Positions 21,680 to 30,533 of a stretch of 48,503 nucleotides of DNA are shown here, one piece after another; within the stretch, counting starts at the first letter, position 1; each line of letters begins with the position of its first letter. The position numbers and the translations under genes were made by a program. The notes under the pieces are model-generated. The model searched no databases. It was given only the letters and a program-made list of their open reading frames with translations, and had not been told where the DNA came from. Source of the stretch: Maribacter sp. (GTDB lineage Bacteria; Bacteroidota; Bacteroidia; Flavobacteriales; Flavobacteriaceae); contig JBATIW010000066.1 of assembly GCA_049668005.1 (NCBI GenBank), positions 1-48,503 on the forward strand, written 5' to 3'.

Positions 21680-22183
21680 ATGAAAATACTATTTAAAAGT
21701 GTAATTCTTCTTTTCTCAGTACTTCTGGTTAGTTGTGGTGGTAAGGAAGAAAAGAAAAAAGAGGGTTTTAGTGTAAAACGAAAGGCTACAACAGAAAAAG
21801 CCGCTGAAACACCTGCCGTTTCTGGAACAAAAGCTTCTGAACGCATCGATTTAACCAACAAGGGCATTGGCCCGATTACTTCTTTAACCTTGAATGATGC
21901 TGTTGATGATGCCATGGCGGCAAAAGGAAAAGAAGTCTATGACCAAATGTGCTTGGCATGTCATAGAATTGGCAAAAAGTTCATTGGCCCTGCTCCTAAT
22001 AATATTTTGGAGCGAAGAACTCCTGAATGGGTCATGAACATGATTCTTAATCCTGATCAGATGGTAAAGGAAGATCCATTGGCAAAAGACTTGTTTATGG
22101 AATTCAATGGTTCACCCATGGCGAATCAAGGGCTTACCGAAGAACAGGCGAGAGCAGTCCTGGAATACTTTAGAACATTATAA
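21680..22183 (+). CDS. Monoheme cytochrome c lipoprotein (nos-associated)
   Basis: LVSC lipobox, CLACH heme motif and distal Met in GSPMAN. Confidence 0.92.
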   Translation: MKILFKSVILLFSVLLVSCGGKEEKKKEGFSVKRKATTEKAAETPAVSGTKASERIDLTNKGIGPITSLTLNDAVDDAMAAKGKEVYDQMCLACHRIGKKFIGPAPNNILERRTPEWVMNMILNPDQMVKEDPLAKDLFMEFNGSPMANQGLTEEQARAVLEYFRTL

Positions 22184-22194
22184 TTAACAATCAT

Positions 22195-22779
22195 ATGAAA
22201 ACAACAACCAAATTCAGAATGCTTATTGGGTCATTTTTTATGCTGATTTTATTCGTCGGGTGTAAAAATGAGTCCAAAACAGAAACTACTAACACTTCTT
22301 CAACAGCAACAACAGAAGAGGCTAAAGAAAAAGGCCAAGCCTTTATTGAGGACGATGGGTCAACACCTAATGTATTACAGATTGCCATAGGTTCGCCAGA
22401 CCACACCACTTTGGTCGCAGCAGTGCAGGCTGCCGATTTGGAGAACGTATTGGTAAATGCAGGTCCATTAATGGTATTTGCACCAACAAACGCGGCTTTT
22501 GATGCCCTTCCTGAAGGAACGGTTTCCAACTTATTAAAACCTGAAAACAAAGATGCCTTGGCAAATATTTTAAAATACCATGTAACTGCCGGTAACTATA
22601 GTAAGGATTTTTTAAAGAAATTCAAGAAACTAGGACAGGCCAATGACCAAAATGTAATGGTTGAGGTAAAAGGCGACGATGTTTATGTCGGCGGTGCTAA
22701 AATTATTGGTAGTGTTAAGGGAGGTAATGGTATTGTGCATGTTGTAGACAAGGTAATGTTGCCCCCAACTGAAGAATAA
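22195..22779 (+). CDS. Fasciclin (FAS1) domain lipoprotein
   Basis: FVGC lipobox, VFAPTNAAF, ILKYHV and NGIVHVVDKV. Confidence 0.92.
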   Translation: MKTTTKFRMLIGSFFMLILFVGCKNESKTETTNTSSTATTEEAKEKGQAFIEDDGSTPNVLQIAIGSPDHTTLVAAVQAADLENVLVNAGPLMVFAPTNAAFDALPEGTVSNLLKPENKDALANILKYHVTAGNYSKDFLKKFKKLGQANDQNVMVEVKGDDVYVGGAKIIGSVKGGNGIVHVVDKVMLPPTEE

Positions 22780-22809
22780 AACAACTAAATGAACATTAAA
22801 ACAAATACA

Positions 22810-24771
22810 ATGAAAAAAATCAGATATTCAATGCTTGCCCTTTTAGGACTTGTAATGGTCTTCGCAAGTTGCGGCGATCAAGGCAAGAACTCTTCGAATG
22901 GCGCACTATCTTCCAGTGCTGCTGAGAAAGTTTATGTTGCACCGGGTGAACAAGATGATTACTATGCCTTTCTTTCAGGAGGTTATAGTGGTAACTTAAC
23001 AGTATACGGACTTCCATCAGGACGAATGTTCAAGGAAATTCCTGTATTCTCTCAATTCCCGACTTCGGGATATGGTTATTCAGAAGAAACCAAGCCTATG
23101 TTGAACACTTCCTTTGGATTTGTGCCTTGGGATGATTCCCACCACCCTGATATTTCGCAAACCAATGGCGAATTAGATGGACGTTGGATTTTTATCAATG
23201 GAAACAATACCCCTCGTATTGCACGAATTAGTTTAAGTACTTTTGAGACAGAAGAGATTATGGAAGTACCGAACAGTGCGGGTAATCACAGTTCATCATT
23301 CATTACTGAAAATACAGAATATGTTGTGGCCGGTACCCGTTTCTCAGTGCCTGTTCCCCAGAGGGATATGCCTATCGATGAATATAAAGGAAATTTCAAG
23401 GGAGCTTTGTCCTTTATCAGCGTAAATCCGGAAGATGGTAGATTAGATCTTAAGTTTCAATTGATGATGCCAGGGTTCAACTATGATCTTTCGCATCCCG
23501 GTAGGGGAAAATCACATGGATGGTTTTTCTTCACTACTTATAATACCGAGGAGGCAAATTCGCTGTTAGAGGTGAATGCTTCACAGAACGATAAGGATTT
23601 TATCGCTGCCATTAATTGGAAGAAAATTGAAGAGTATGTAAACAATGGTGGAGGTACTAAAATGCCTGCCAATTATGCACATAATGTGTATGATGAACAT
23701 ACGCATGCCGCCACTACAACCATGAAGAAAGAAGTGTTGACCGTAGATCCGACCAAAGTGCCTGGCGCGGTTTATTTCTTACCTACTCCTAAATCCCCTC
23801 ACGGTTGTGATGTTGATCCAACAGGGCAGTATATTATCGGTAACGGAAAACTTTCCGCAGATCTTACGGTACACTCGTTCGATAAAATGTTAGCTGCTAT
23901 TGAAGGTGAGAAATTTGACGGTGAAGCCTATGGTATACCTATTTTGAAGTTCGAAGATGTGTTGGCCGGTCAAGTTAAAAGTGGAGGCCTAGGGCCCTTA
24001 CATACCTAATTTGATGATAAAGGAAATGCCTACACTACTTTCTTTATTTCTTCGGAAGTAGTGAAATGGAAAGTTGGGACATGGGAAGTTATCGATAGAA
24101 AACCAACCTATTACTCTGTTGGGCATTTGATGATTCCAGGTGGTAACTCCAGAAAGCCTTTCGGTAAATATGTGGTAGCCATGAACAAGATTACCAAAGA
24201 CAGGTATCTGCCAACAGGTCCTGAAATGGAGCACTCTGCACAGCTGTATGATATTTCTGGAGAAAAAATGGAATTATTGTTGGATTTCCCAACACACGGG
24301 GAACCACATTATGCTGCCGGCTGCCCTGCCGAATTGTTGACGCCAAATTCAAAGAAAATCTACCGATTGGATGAAAATAAACATGAGTATGCGACACTCT
24401 CTACTGGTGATGCACGCGTAGAGCGCAAAGGGAACGAAGTGCATGTTTATATGTCTATGATCCGTAGCCACTTTACACCGGATAACATAGAAGGTGTAAA
24501 AGTAGGTGATAAGGTGTATTTCCATATCACCAACCACGAGCAAGATTTTGATGTACCTCATGGTTTTGCCATGATAGGTCAGAATACCTCGGAATTATTG
24601 ATTATGCCAGGACAGACAAAGAGTTCAGTATGGGAGCCAAAAGAACCCGGAGTTTGGCCGTTCTATTGTACCGACTTCTGTTCTGCCCTACACCAAGAAA
24701 TGCAGGGTTATGTTAGGGTGTCACCTGCAAATTCAAATATTGACCTTTCTTGGTCTTTGGGTGGTGATTAA
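22810..24771 (+). pseudogene. nosZ: Sec-dependent (clade II) nitrous oxide reductase interrupted by in-frame TAA at 24007-24009
   Basis: ORFs 22789..24009 and 24061..24771 share one frame: GLGPLHT*FDDKGNAYTTFFISSEVVKW. CuZ His motifs DSHHP, GNH, SPHG, PLH, VGH and EPH are present, as are CuA VPHGF and CTDFCSALHQEM. FASC lipobox, no twin-Arg signal. Confidence 0.95.
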
Positions 24772-24806
24772 TTTATACCTTGATATATTATCTTATTTCA
24801 ATTAAG

Positions 24807-24842
24807 AAAGCGGGCAGTGTCTATAACCTGTCCGCTTTTTTC
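24807..24842 (+). terminator. Terminator-like hairpin directly after nosZ
   Basis: AAAGCGGGCAG...CTGTCCGCTTT (one G-U pair) running into a T tract. Confidence 0.75.
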
Positions 24843-24903
24843 AAGAATCTCAGCAACCTTTCAAAGCCAAACGTAATTCGTAAATTATCAAAAAGTATAA
24901 GTG

Positions 24904-25563
24904 ATGAAAAAAGCAAGTATTTTAATGATTATTGGCCCTTTATTGCTCTTGGGATTGTATGTTTTCCCCCTATGGAATATCATGTTAGGTGCACCGCAAT
25001 ATCCAGAACCTCTGGGTATGAATATCCATATTGATGGTATTCAGGGAGCCAGTGAATTCGATATACAGAATATTGACGGGCTTAACCACTATATAGGTAT
25101 GCGCCATTTACCAAAACCAGAGGAAATGTGGGAGTTTAGCACCTTTCCGTTGGTTATCGGAGGAATGGTGGCCTTGGGGGTATTGATCGGTCTTTTGGGC
25201 TTTTTTGGAAAAGTAAGCTATAAATGGTTTTTGGGATGGTTTATTCTCATGAGTATTTTGGGAGTCTCGGGAATGTACGATTTTAATGCTTGGATGGTAG
25301 ATTATGGGACCAACCTAGATCCCAATGCCATCATGAAACTCACCAATCCAGATGGAACACCCATGAGTTATAAGCCACCGCTTTTTGGGCATGCTAAAAT
25401 GCTTAATTTTGATGTAACCTCTCTTCCCCATACAGGTGGTTACATGATGTTCGTGGGTATGATGTTGACTGTCGTTGCATTTTTTGTTGGTAAAAGAGCT
25501 TGGAAGCCCAAAAAAACCATAGATTCTGTAACACCTTTAAAAGTGAAAGCGAATGATAAGTAG
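24904..25563 (+). CDS. nosB: NosB-like membrane protein of clade II nos clusters
   Basis: PLW.I.L.APQYP, LNHYIGM, YG.NLDP.A and YKPPL.G motifs, four hydrophobic segments, located directly after nosZ. Confidence 0.75.
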   Translation: MKKASILMIIGPLLLLGLYVFPLWNIMLGAPQYPEPLGMNIHIDGIQGASEFDIQNIDGLNHYIGMRHLPKPEEMWEFSTFPLVIGGMVALGVLIGLLGFFGKVSYKWFLGWFILMSILGVSGMYDFNAWMVDYGTNLDPNAIMKLTNPDGTPMSYKPPLFGHAKMLNFDVTSLPHTGGYMMFVGMMLTVVAFFVGKRAWKPKKTIDSVTPLKVKANDK

Positions 25564-25993
25564 ATTCCTTTTTGTTGCCATAGCGCTTTTGATCATGGTT
25601 TCATGTCAGGTTAGTCCAAAACCAATAGATTATGGTTCAGATGGCTGTCATTTTTGTTCCATGACCATTGTTGATCGTCAGCACGCCGCGGAAATAGTCA
25701 CAAAAAAAGGTAAGGCCTTTAAATTTGATGCGGTAGAATGTATGGTGAATCATTTGAAGGATATCGAAGTTTCAATAGTCGAGCTTTTTTTGGTGAACGA
25801 TTTTATGGACCCAGGCACGTTAATCGATGCCAAGAAGGCGACCTTTTTAATAAGTAAGGATATACCAAGCCCAATGGGTGAATATTTGTCAGCGTTTCAA
25901 TCCAGAAATGAAGCTGAGAATGTTGAAACTGAAAATAAGGGAAAATTGTATTCTTGGGAGGAGTTGTTGACTAAGTTCAAGGTGCAATACTAA
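25553..25993 (+). CDS. nosL: Copper chaperone lipoprotein NosL
   Basis: MVSC lipobox, CHFCSM, FDAVEC and SPMG. Confidence 0.92.
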   Translation: MISRFLFVAIALLIMVSCQVSPKPIDYGSDGCHFCSMTIVDRQHAAEIVTKKGKAFKFDAVECMVNHLKDIEVSIVELFLVNDFMDPGTLIDAKKATFLISKDIPSPMGEYLSAFQSRNEAENVETENKGKLYSWEELLTKFKVQY

Positions 25994-26002
25994 AATTCAA
26001 TT

Positions 26003-26062
26003 TAATGGTTAATAGTATGAGGACATTATTTGTCCGTTAATTTCTGTTAACCATTATTTTTT
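26003..26062 (+). promoter_or_regulatory. Long hairpin with a GGACA-N5-TGTCC apex and T6 tail (terminator/attenuator and/or operator)
   Basis: TAATGGTTAATAG (26003-26015) pairs with CTGTTAACCATTA (26044-26056). GGACATTATTTGTCC lies at 26021-26035 and T6 at 26057-26062. Confidence 0.55.
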
Positions 26063-26078
26063 AAATAAAACATAAATT

Positions 26079-26372
26079 ATGTACGATATAAGCAATCAAA
26101 TTGCAGATCAAAAATTCGATAATGTACAAGTCCAAAAACTGGTAAAGACCGAAGCGCTGGAAATTCTAAGTATTAGTCTGGAAAAAGGGACAACCTTTCC
26201 AGAACATACTTCACCAACAGATGCCCAATTAATTGTTTTGGAAGGTGATATTGTATTTGACATCAATGAAAATTCCTATCCATTAAAAGCACAACAAAAT
26301 TTTAGTTTCCCTAAAGCTACCCCACACTCTGTACAGGCCAATGAGAATTCAAAATTTTTGATAATACGATAA
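26079..26372 (+). CDS. Small cupin-domain protein
   Basis: PEHTSP...VLEG and P...PHSV.A cupin motifs; its stop overlaps the nosD start (TAATG). Confidence 0.88.
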   Translation: MYDISNQIADQKFDNVQVQKLVKTEALEILSISLEKGTTFPEHTSPTDAQLIVLEGDIVFDINENSYPLKAQQNFSFPKATPHSVQANENSKFLIIR

Positions 26373-27610
26373 TGTATAATTTTCGTCTGCCATTCACTGT
26401 ATTTTTGTTTCTTATAGGAACTTCACTTTGGGCCAAGACTATTGAAGTCTGTGCCAACTGTGAGGTCAAGACTATTAAAAATGGAATAGCTATTGCAGCT
26501 GAATATGATACCCTTTTAATTAAAAAAGGCACCTATAAAGAATTCAATATAATCGTCGACAAACCACTTACCCTTTTAGGACAAGGGTTTCCTGTAATTG
26601 ATGGCGAGGATCAAGGTGAGATTATTCGTATTGTTTCCGATAACGTTACTATAGACGGACTCTTTATAATCAATGTTGGCACCAGTTATACTACTGATTA
26701 TGCTGCCATTCGAGTCGTTAAAAGTGAAAATTTTCTCATACAGAATGTGGTGTTGGAAAAACTTTTTTTTGGAATTTATCTCGAAAAATCGAACAATGGC
26801 AGAGTATATCATAATAAGATTATCGGTGATGCCGTTGATGAGTATAATTCCGGTAACGGAATTCAATTGTGGTATTCCCACAATGTTGAGGTAGACCGAA
26901 ATATAGTTCAGGGTGTACGCGACGGCATTTACTTGGAATTTTCAGATCATATCACCATTAATAATAATGAAAGCACCAACAATCTAAGATATGGCCTTCA
27001 TTTTATGTTTTCGAACGATGATGTGTACACCAATAATACCTTTGAGCGTAATGGAGCGGGTGTGGCGGTCATGTTTTCAAAACGTATTAAAATGGTCGGG
27101 AATATCTTTAGAAAGAATTGGGGATCGGCCGCGTTTGGCATGTTGCTAAAGGAAATTAACGATGCTGAGATAATGGACAATACCTTTGAGGAAAATACTA
27201 TTGGTATCAATGTGGAAGGCTCTAACCGTATCGTATATAAAAATAATAACTTCATTAACAATGGCTGGGCTGTAAAGGTTTTAGGGGCGTGTTATACCAA
27301 TTCATTCATCAATAATAATTTCCTATATAACTCCTTTGATATTTCGTATAACAGTAAGTTGAACGACAATCTGTTCGAGAAAAATTACTGGAGTAGTTAT
27401 ACAGGATATGATTTGGATAAAGACGGAATAGGGGATGTGCCTTATCGTCCTGTGAAATTGTTTTCATACATTGTGAACCGCACACCGGAAACTATTGTGT
27501 TATTACGTAGTTTGTTTATGGATATAATTGATTTTTCGGAAAAAGTATCCCCGGTTTTTACTCCAGATAATTTATTGGATGCCATGCCATTAATGAAAAA
27601 ATCAGAATGA
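26372..27610 (+). CDS. nosD: Nitrous oxide reductase maturation protein NosD
   Basis: GNGIQLW, RDGIY, RYGLHFMFS, beta-helix repeats and NYWS.Y.GYD..DGIGD.PY. Confidence 0.95.
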   Translation: MYNFRLPFTVFLFLIGTSLWAKTIEVCANCEVKTIKNGIAIAAEYDTLLIKKGTYKEFNIIVDKPLTLLGQGFPVIDGEDQGEIIRIVSDNVTIDGLFIINVGTSYTTDYAAIRVVKSENFLIQNVVLEKLFFGIYLEKSNNGRVYHNKIIGDAVDEYNSGNGIQLWYSHNVEVDRNIVQGVRDGIYLEFSDHITINNNESTNNLRYGLHFMFSNDDVYTNNTFERNGAGVAVMFSKRIKMVGNIFRKNWGSAAFGMLLKEINDAEIMDNTFEENTIGINVEGSNRIVYKNNNFINNGWAVKVLGACYTNSFINNNFLYNSFDISYNSKLNDNLFEKNYWSSYTGYDLDKDGIGDVPYRPVKLFSYIVNRTPETIVLLRSLFMDIIDFSEKVSPVFTPDNLLDAMPLMKKSE

Positions 27611-28317
27611 TACAGATAAATAATTTATATAAAAAGTTTGGTAAAAACCAAGTGCTATCCAATTTGGATTTGGAAATAAATGATGGTGGAATATTTGCCG
27701 TACTTGGTCCCAATGGTTCTGGAAAAACAACCTTGATCAAGAGCATTTTAGGAATGGTCGTTCCTAATAAAGGAAGTATTTCTGTATTGGATAAATTAAT
27801 CAAGAAAAACTGGAAGTACCGCCATGAAATAGATTATCTCCCTCAAATTGCCAATTTTCCGGGCAACCTCAGGGTAAAAGAACTCATTCGGATGATTAAA
27901 GATCTTCGCCAAAAGAAAAGTAAGGAAGAAGATTTGATAGAACTATTTGGTCTTGGGCCATTTTTGGATAAAAAGTTGGGAACACTTTCTGGAGGTACAA
28001 AGCAAAAGGTAAATATCGTATTGACCTTTATGTTCGATAGTCCCTTGATAATTCTCGATGAACCAACTACAGGATTAGATCCTGGGTCACTGATTAAATT
28101 AAAAAAATTGATTCTTCAAGAAAAAAACAAAGGTAAAACCATATTGATTACCACCCATATCATGCAATTTGTTGAAGAAATGGCCGATGAAATTGTATAT
28201 CTTTTAGAAGGCAATATTTATTTCAAAGGTAGTGTTGAGCAATTGATGACCAAGACCAAACAAAAGGATTTTGAACATGCCATAGCGGCCATATCAACAC
28301 ATACAGCCGATGCTTAA
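27607..28317 (+). CDS. nosF: ABC ATPase NosF
   Basis: GPNGSGKTT, LSGG and LDEPT; between nosD and nosY. Confidence 0.9.
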   Translation: MIQINNLYKKFGKNQVLSNLDLEINDGGIFAVLGPNGSGKTTLIKSILGMVVPNKGSISVLDKLIKKNWKYRHEIDYLPQIANFPGNLRVKELIRMIKDLRQKKSKEEDLIELFGLGPFLDKKLGTLSGGTKQKVNIVLTFMFDSPLIILDEPTTGLDPGSLIKLKKLILQEKNKGKTILITTHIMQFVEEMADEIVYLLEGNIYFKGSVEQLMTKTKQKDFEHAIAAISTHTADA

Positions 28318-29092
28318 GATTTTAAAATATAGTTTTTACGATTTAATGCGTAGTCGCTGGAGCTATGTGTATTTTCTATTCTATTTGGCATTGGGCTTTG
28401 TACTATTATTTCTGAACAATGACCTTTCAAAAGCTGTAATTACTTTGATGAATGTTATCATTGTTCTTGTTCCGCTTATTAGTACCATTTTCGGGGTCAT
28501 GTATTTTTATAATTCAAAGGAATTCACCGAATTACTTTTAGCACAGCCCTTAAAAAGAAGCTCAATTTTCCTTGGCCAATACCTTGGTGTTGCAGGCTCT
28601 TTGACGATGAGCCTGGTATTGGGATTGGGGCTGCCATTTATTCTTTACGGCTTGTTTCGTAGTGACGCTATTTGGGATTTTTCACTATTGCTGATTACCG
28701 GGGCATTCTTGACCTTGATTTTTACGGCTTTGGCCTTTAATATTGCTTTATCCAATGAAAACAAAATCAAGGGATTTGGGTACGCCGTTTTGTTATGGTT
28801 GTTCTTGGCGGTAATATATGATGGATTGTTTTTGTTATCCCTTATATTATTTGAAGATTACCCATTGGATTCTTTTTCCTTGGTGGCTACGATGTTGAAT
28901 CCTATTGATTTGTCCAGAACTTTGATTTTACTGAAATTGGATATTTCTGCGCTCTTGGGTTACACAGGTGCCGTGTTCAAGTCGTTTTTCGGCACCAATT
29001 TGGGATTGATGATTTCAATTGCAATGTTGTTATTATGGACGATACTTCCTATCTGGAGATTGGCATATAAATCAAAAAGAAAGGATTTTTAA
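28310..29092 (+). CDS. nosY: ABC permease NosY
   Basis: ELLLAQPLKR and LNPIDL.R motifs, several TM segments, nos context. Confidence 0.88.
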   Translation: MLKILKYSFYDLMRSRWSYVYFLFYLALGFVLLFLNNDLSKAVITLMNVIIVLVPLISTIFGVMYFYNSKEFTELLLAQPLKRSSIFLGQYLGVAGSLTMSLVLGLGLPFILYGLFRSDAIWDFSLLLITGAFLTLIFTALAFNIALSNENKIKGFGYAVLLWLFLAVIYDGLFLLSLILFEDYPLDSFSLVATMLNPIDLSRTLILLKLDISALLGYTGAVFKSFFGTNLGLMISIAMLLLWTILPIWRLAYKSKRKDF

Positions 29093-29126
29093 CCTAACTG
29101 GAGAGGTTTGATATTAGTAGATAACT

Positions 29127-30512
29127 ATGAATAGAAGAAAGTTTGTTCAAAATTCAATAAGCTGTTCATTACTTATAAGCAGTGGTGTTTTATGGTCGAG
29201 TCATGGACAATCGTACAATTTACATTTTGAACATAAATTGAAGCTAATGTCCTTGGCTGCCTTTAGAAGGTTTAAGCAGATATGGGAATTTGATGATTTT
29301 TGGAAAAGAGGAAATACTTTTGATGCTTGCTTGACCTTTGTAGCCGCTGCTCTGAATCGATGGCCGAATGATCCAGAAATTCAAAGCATGCAGCTGTCGG
29401 TTAAAAATATGCTTGAAAAGAACTTGGACTATTTCAACAGCTTTGATCCTGGAAGTCTTTGGGCAGATGATTTTGGTTGGTGGGGATTAATGGCTCTTAA
29501 AGGTCGTAGCCATCTGCTTAAAATGGAAGAGTATGAATTAGCGGACAAGTATCTGCAATTATCTACCGAAAAGTGCTGGGAATATAAGAAGAGGACTGCA
29601 TACGACTATACAGACAATGCGAAACCAGTTCCGCACGGTTGTCGTAACGGTGATGCTAATGGTGATAGTAAAGGAGTAAAAAATACAGTGACCAATGTTT
29701 TGTTGTTTCTTCTTTCTTCACGTATTTATCGATTATCCTTAAGGGAAGAAATTAAGGATAGTGATAAATACTTAGATATGGCTTACCGGCAATGGTTGTG
29801 GTTCGATGATTGGTTTGATAGGGGGGATTATTTAAAGAAAATGTCTTCAGTCACTGCTCTCGTACAAGAACGTCCCATTGCTGATTTTGAAGGATCTGAT
29901 TATAATGAAAAAACGCACCCTCCATGGAATGAGGGTTGGGTTTGGTCTGGAGATCAAGGAATGCTGATTGGGGCGTTGACCGATATGTATGCCATCCGTG
30001 AAAATTTGGCAACTTGGTGTTTAAAAAACAAAATAGAACCGGATTTTGATATTTTGGTATTCGAGAAAAGGGTACGCCACTTAATCAATTTAATAAGTGG
30101 AGGCATAAAACTAGCGCTCATTGGTAAAATGGATGGTGTATTTCGAGAAGCCCCCTGTAAATCAAGTTTTGGCCCTATGCATGGCAATGATTATCTAGCT
30201 GGTCGAGGTATTATGATGCGTTACATTGGGTCTAAAAATGAGAAGGTTTTAATTGATTTAGATTTTAGTAAGCACTTTAAAAAGACACTAAAAGCCATTT
30301 GGAAAACCCAAAATAATATTGACAATCAATTTCAACCTGAGTTCACGAGTGTTAGAAACGATAAGCAATATATAGAACAATTCAGGGAATTGTGGGGTAT
30401 AGCGGATGAAGTTGTTCAATGGGATCTGAAAAAAATGAAGGAGAAGAATAAATATGGTGTATGTCAGTCAATTGGGTTTGATGCGCTTGGTGCAACCATT
30501 ACATCATTATAA
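29127..30512 (+). CDS. Tat-signal protein with a GH76-like (alpha/alpha)6 glycosidase fold
   Basis: MNRRKF signal; WADDFGWWGL resembles the GH76 catalytic DD motif; KNTVTN.LF and WSGDQG resemble GH76 KN.ITN and WTYNQG. Confidence 0.6.
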   Translation: MNRRKFVQNSISCSLLISSGVLWSSHGQSYNLHFEHKLKLMSLAAFRRFKQIWEFDDFWKRGNTFDACLTFVAAALNRWPNDPEIQSMQLSVKNMLEKNLDYFNSFDPGSLWADDFGWWGLMALKGRSHLLKMEEYELADKYLQLSTEKCWEYKKRTAYDYTDNAKPVPHGCRNGDANGDSKGVKNTVTNVLLFLLSSRIYRLSLREEIKDSDKYLDMAYRQWLWFDDWFDRGDYLKKMSSVTALVQERPIADFEGSDYNEKTHPPWNEGWVWSGDQGMLIGALTDMYAIRENLATWCLKNKIEPDFDILVFEKRVRHLINLISGGIKLALIGKMDGVFREAPCKSSFGPMHGNDYLAGRGIMMRYIGSKNEKVLIDLDFSKHFKKTLKAIWKTQNNIDNQFQPEFTSVRNDKQYIEQFRELWGIADEVVQWDLKKMKEKNKYGVCQSIGFDALGATITSL

Positions 30513-30533
30513 CCCTTGTTTTGAATTTAATTT

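Noticed and set aside
9309..24009. Genome-wide reassignment of TAA to Glu
   Set aside because: Many genes here end at TAA at normal family length (uxaB, fucP, hemN and nosZ itself). The nosZ terminal stop has the same TAA-T context as the internal ones.
24007..24060. Selenocysteine or pyrrolysine recoding in nosZ
   Set aside because: The codon is TAA, not TGA or TAG; the expected residue is Glu/Gln; no SECIS-like hairpin is evident
24061..24771. A genuine two-subunit NosZ with a separate CuA gene
   Set aside because: The 17 codons between the two ORFs still encode conserved NosZ sequence in frame, and the break falls inside the propeller rather than at the CuA boundary
24780..25034. 84-aa ORF between nosZ and nosB
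   Set aside because: It has a TTG start, runs through the terminator, overlaps nosB out of frame and shows no recognisable motif
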